A stretch of 64,000 nt of DNA from Azolla caroliniana (lineage: Eukaryota > Plantae > Polypodiophyta), in NCBI GenBank assembly GCA_043228905.1, contig JBHGNT010000002.1:8060001-8124000 (forward strand), given 5' to 3'. The notes beneath the pieces were generated by a model. The model saw nothing but the letters and a program-made list of their open reading frames with translations, had not been told where the DNA came from and did not search any database. Both the position numbers and the translations under genes were made by a program. Positions within the stretch are counted from its first letter, which is position 1. Every line of letters begins with the position of its first letter. Positions 61,694 to 64,000 of the stretch are shown here, piece by piece.

Positions 61694-64000
61694 TGTTACG
61701 GGCATGACCATTTAATATCCCGTGGTGAGAATTTACCGTAGTATTCTATACACGTGGATAAGTGTGAGGGTTAAACGAGAGTGTAAAGAAGGGGACGATT
61801 ACTTTTAATCCTCGGGATTGAGACAACCCATTAGGTCAAGTGTGAACTTGCCTGGGGGCCTTGGGTATCGCTATAAATAAGACGCCTAGCTACCCTCATT
61901 TGATCATCATTTTGACTACATCGAGACTCTGCTCTTGTGGTGGGTCAACTCTTGTAGCAAGCGCGCCAGCACCAGGTACGACTCGACGCCACGGCGGTGG
62001 TATGGGACGCCGATCGAGGCTCGAGTCCGTCTCGATCCCTTTGCTCGGGGGTGGTCGGGTGGATCGGCACCCTTCTTTCTCTTTCTCCTTTCTATCTATC
62101 ATTTGTTTATCCTTATCTTAAGCTTACTTTAGTACTTAGATCTCTAATATTTGGTATCAAAGCTATGTACTAATGTTTCTTTGTTTTTCATTTGTCGTTT
62201 GATTGATGGTGATCGATCGATGTGCGGTCGGCCTTGATCCAAACAACGATCAACAAAGAACTTCGGTAACTCTTTCCAGATTTTTTTTTCTATTCTCTCT
62301 TCTCCCATCTAATCATGTGTTTAGTTTATATGTCATTTTTTTTCATTAAGTCAATGATGTTGTAGTTGTCTTTAATTGATTATCTAAAACATTTACATAT
62401 GTGCACGAGGTCAATACCTCGTTTGACATATTAATAATATGTGATGAGTGTCGTATGCGTACGAGGTTAATACCTCAATTACATATTACGTTCACGAACA
62501 TATGTTACGTATGAGTTCCGTTTTGCGTATGAGTTTAATACCTTGATTTGTTGTAAACGATATGCGGTTGGTCTCGTATGCGTAAGAGGTCAATACCTCA
62601 ATTGCGTATTACGATGATCTCTTATTTGTGGATGTTTCGTGTGCGTAGAGGTATATACCTCGATTACATATCTCGATCACATCATTTGTGGCTATTTAAT
62701 ATAACGATATGTTAATATAGGCATATGTGGTCACATATATACGTATTTGATCGTATATATGTGATAAGTAAACATATGTGTATATTCGTTATTACGTGAT
62801 TATATCGAAAGTTGTCCTTGTCGGGAAAAGGATGTTGGTGGCCGTCCTCACATTTTTGTGAGAATGGCGTTGTCACCATCCCTTTTTCAACAATTTTTTA
62901 TTGTTGATAACCCCGTTGATGACCTCGATTTCGTTACGTAAAGAAACGCCAATAGCCATAATGATGTTGAGTACGTAGGGCTTGACCCACTTCAAGTGAG
63001 GTCGCTCCAATGATGCACGTATCCAACATCCCTCCCTCGTTACATGGATACGATGCCACCATGAGCTCGTTCTTATGAGAGGCATTCGTACCAACATAGT
63101 TTTGGTAAATGAGGGCGAAATAAGAACCCTTGACATATATGATCAATTGCCTCGCATATCTCTTATACGCATCAGACATTAAGCATTCGAGAAGAGCAAC
63201 TTACTTGGTTGGCTCAAGTGTTTAATGTATTTGTTTTCGAGGTCTCGAGTTCAAATATGACCAAGACCATACAACATCCTTGATACATATGACTATAACA
63301 CATGTTTAGACTTAAGGTCTAAGTGCACCTCGGGGTCCTCGTAATAGGACTTAAAGAGCCGAAACCACATATGTGGGCACCGAAGCATAGTTTATTGTTA
63401 ACATTTTTTTTCGTGTATAAACTATTCATGACGCGAACATACATGGTTGAGCCTCGGGGAGCCACCATGAAAAAATCGATATAGAGATCAGGGAAAGACA
63501 TTTATTTGTCACCCCCATGGTTTTTAAAACACCTTTGTGTTACCATAGTAACCTGATCTTGAACCTCATCTCATACGTCTAGAGGGGTATTGACATGAGA
63601 TCATGATATCGATTAATGTTTGCCCATGATATGTTTACATCACGACATGATGTTATGACTATCTCTCTGACCTTATCCTATTTCTTTTCCAGAAATAATC
63701 TTTATTGGCTCAAATTAACAACCCGATGTCATCCGCTCAAGCGGAAGGAACTCAAGGGAATCCTCCTGGACAAATGTCCACTGAGATGTATTTGGCACAA
63801 TAACCCAATACCTTAGTTTCACCGCTCAACAGATGACCGAACTTCGGCAATCTCAAAGTGCTCTTGAGGCACGTGTCATTATTCTACAACGTGAGACTAA
63901 TAGACCTGATGAGCGACAAGGTGAACCATCATTTGTCATTAAGCCATTTACGGGAGACAAAAAGGAAAGAACTAAAGAAGCAATCTGCACATGGCTGGGA
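61694..64000 (+). mobile_element. LTR element 5' end: LTR 61694-62149, tRNA-iMet PBS 62152-62163 and long leader
   Basis: TGTTA...TAATA termini, TATAAAT at ~61872 and PBS TGGTATCAAAGC. Confidence 0.7.
62407..62661. repeat. Five spaced copies of the hairpin motif GAGGT-N4-ACCTC
   Basis: Copies start at 62407, 62463, 62531, 62586 and 62648. Confidence 0.85.

Noticed and set aside
62407-62661. CRISPR array
   Set aside because: The repeats are only ~14 nt and degenerate, the spacers are related to each other, there are no cas genes, and the context is a eukaryotic LTR leader.
1-64000. Host protein-coding genes or a prokaryotic defence system
   Set aside because: Every recognisable coding segment is transposon-derived and there is no operon structure.

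Overview
This window is eukaryotic, gene-free, nested-transposon DNA. It most likely comes from a non-seed land plant (inferred from the Tcn1-type chromovirus, the bryophyte-type Copia gag and plant tRNA primer sites). It holds one apparently intact and very young Ty3/Gypsy chromovirus (479-6273, minus strand, TSD GTTAT) and a decayed sister copy (13900-19557). It also holds a full-length but mutated Copia element (21827-26958, TSD CCTCG), several members of a non-chromovirus Gypsy clade with 4-bp TSDs and a tRNA-Trp PBS, other Copia and Gypsy fragments, solo LTRs, a CACTA end, two LINE fragments and Penelope-like (PLE) remnants. Main signals: (1) a tRNA-like Pol III A-box/B-box module with near-fixed 43-nt spacing recurs in the LTR U3 or promoter region of several unrelated retroelements; (2) all six readable insertion junctions of one Gypsy clade are centred on CpG; (3) a PLE reverse transcriptase remnant, a decayed hammerhead ribozyme and a ~0.85-kb-armed palindrome; (4) a self-priming PBS and two -1 frameshift pseudoknots; (5) a 5' LTR that was overwritten together with 78 bp of the 3' flank. 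All alignments were done by eye and family names come from motif recognition, not database searches.
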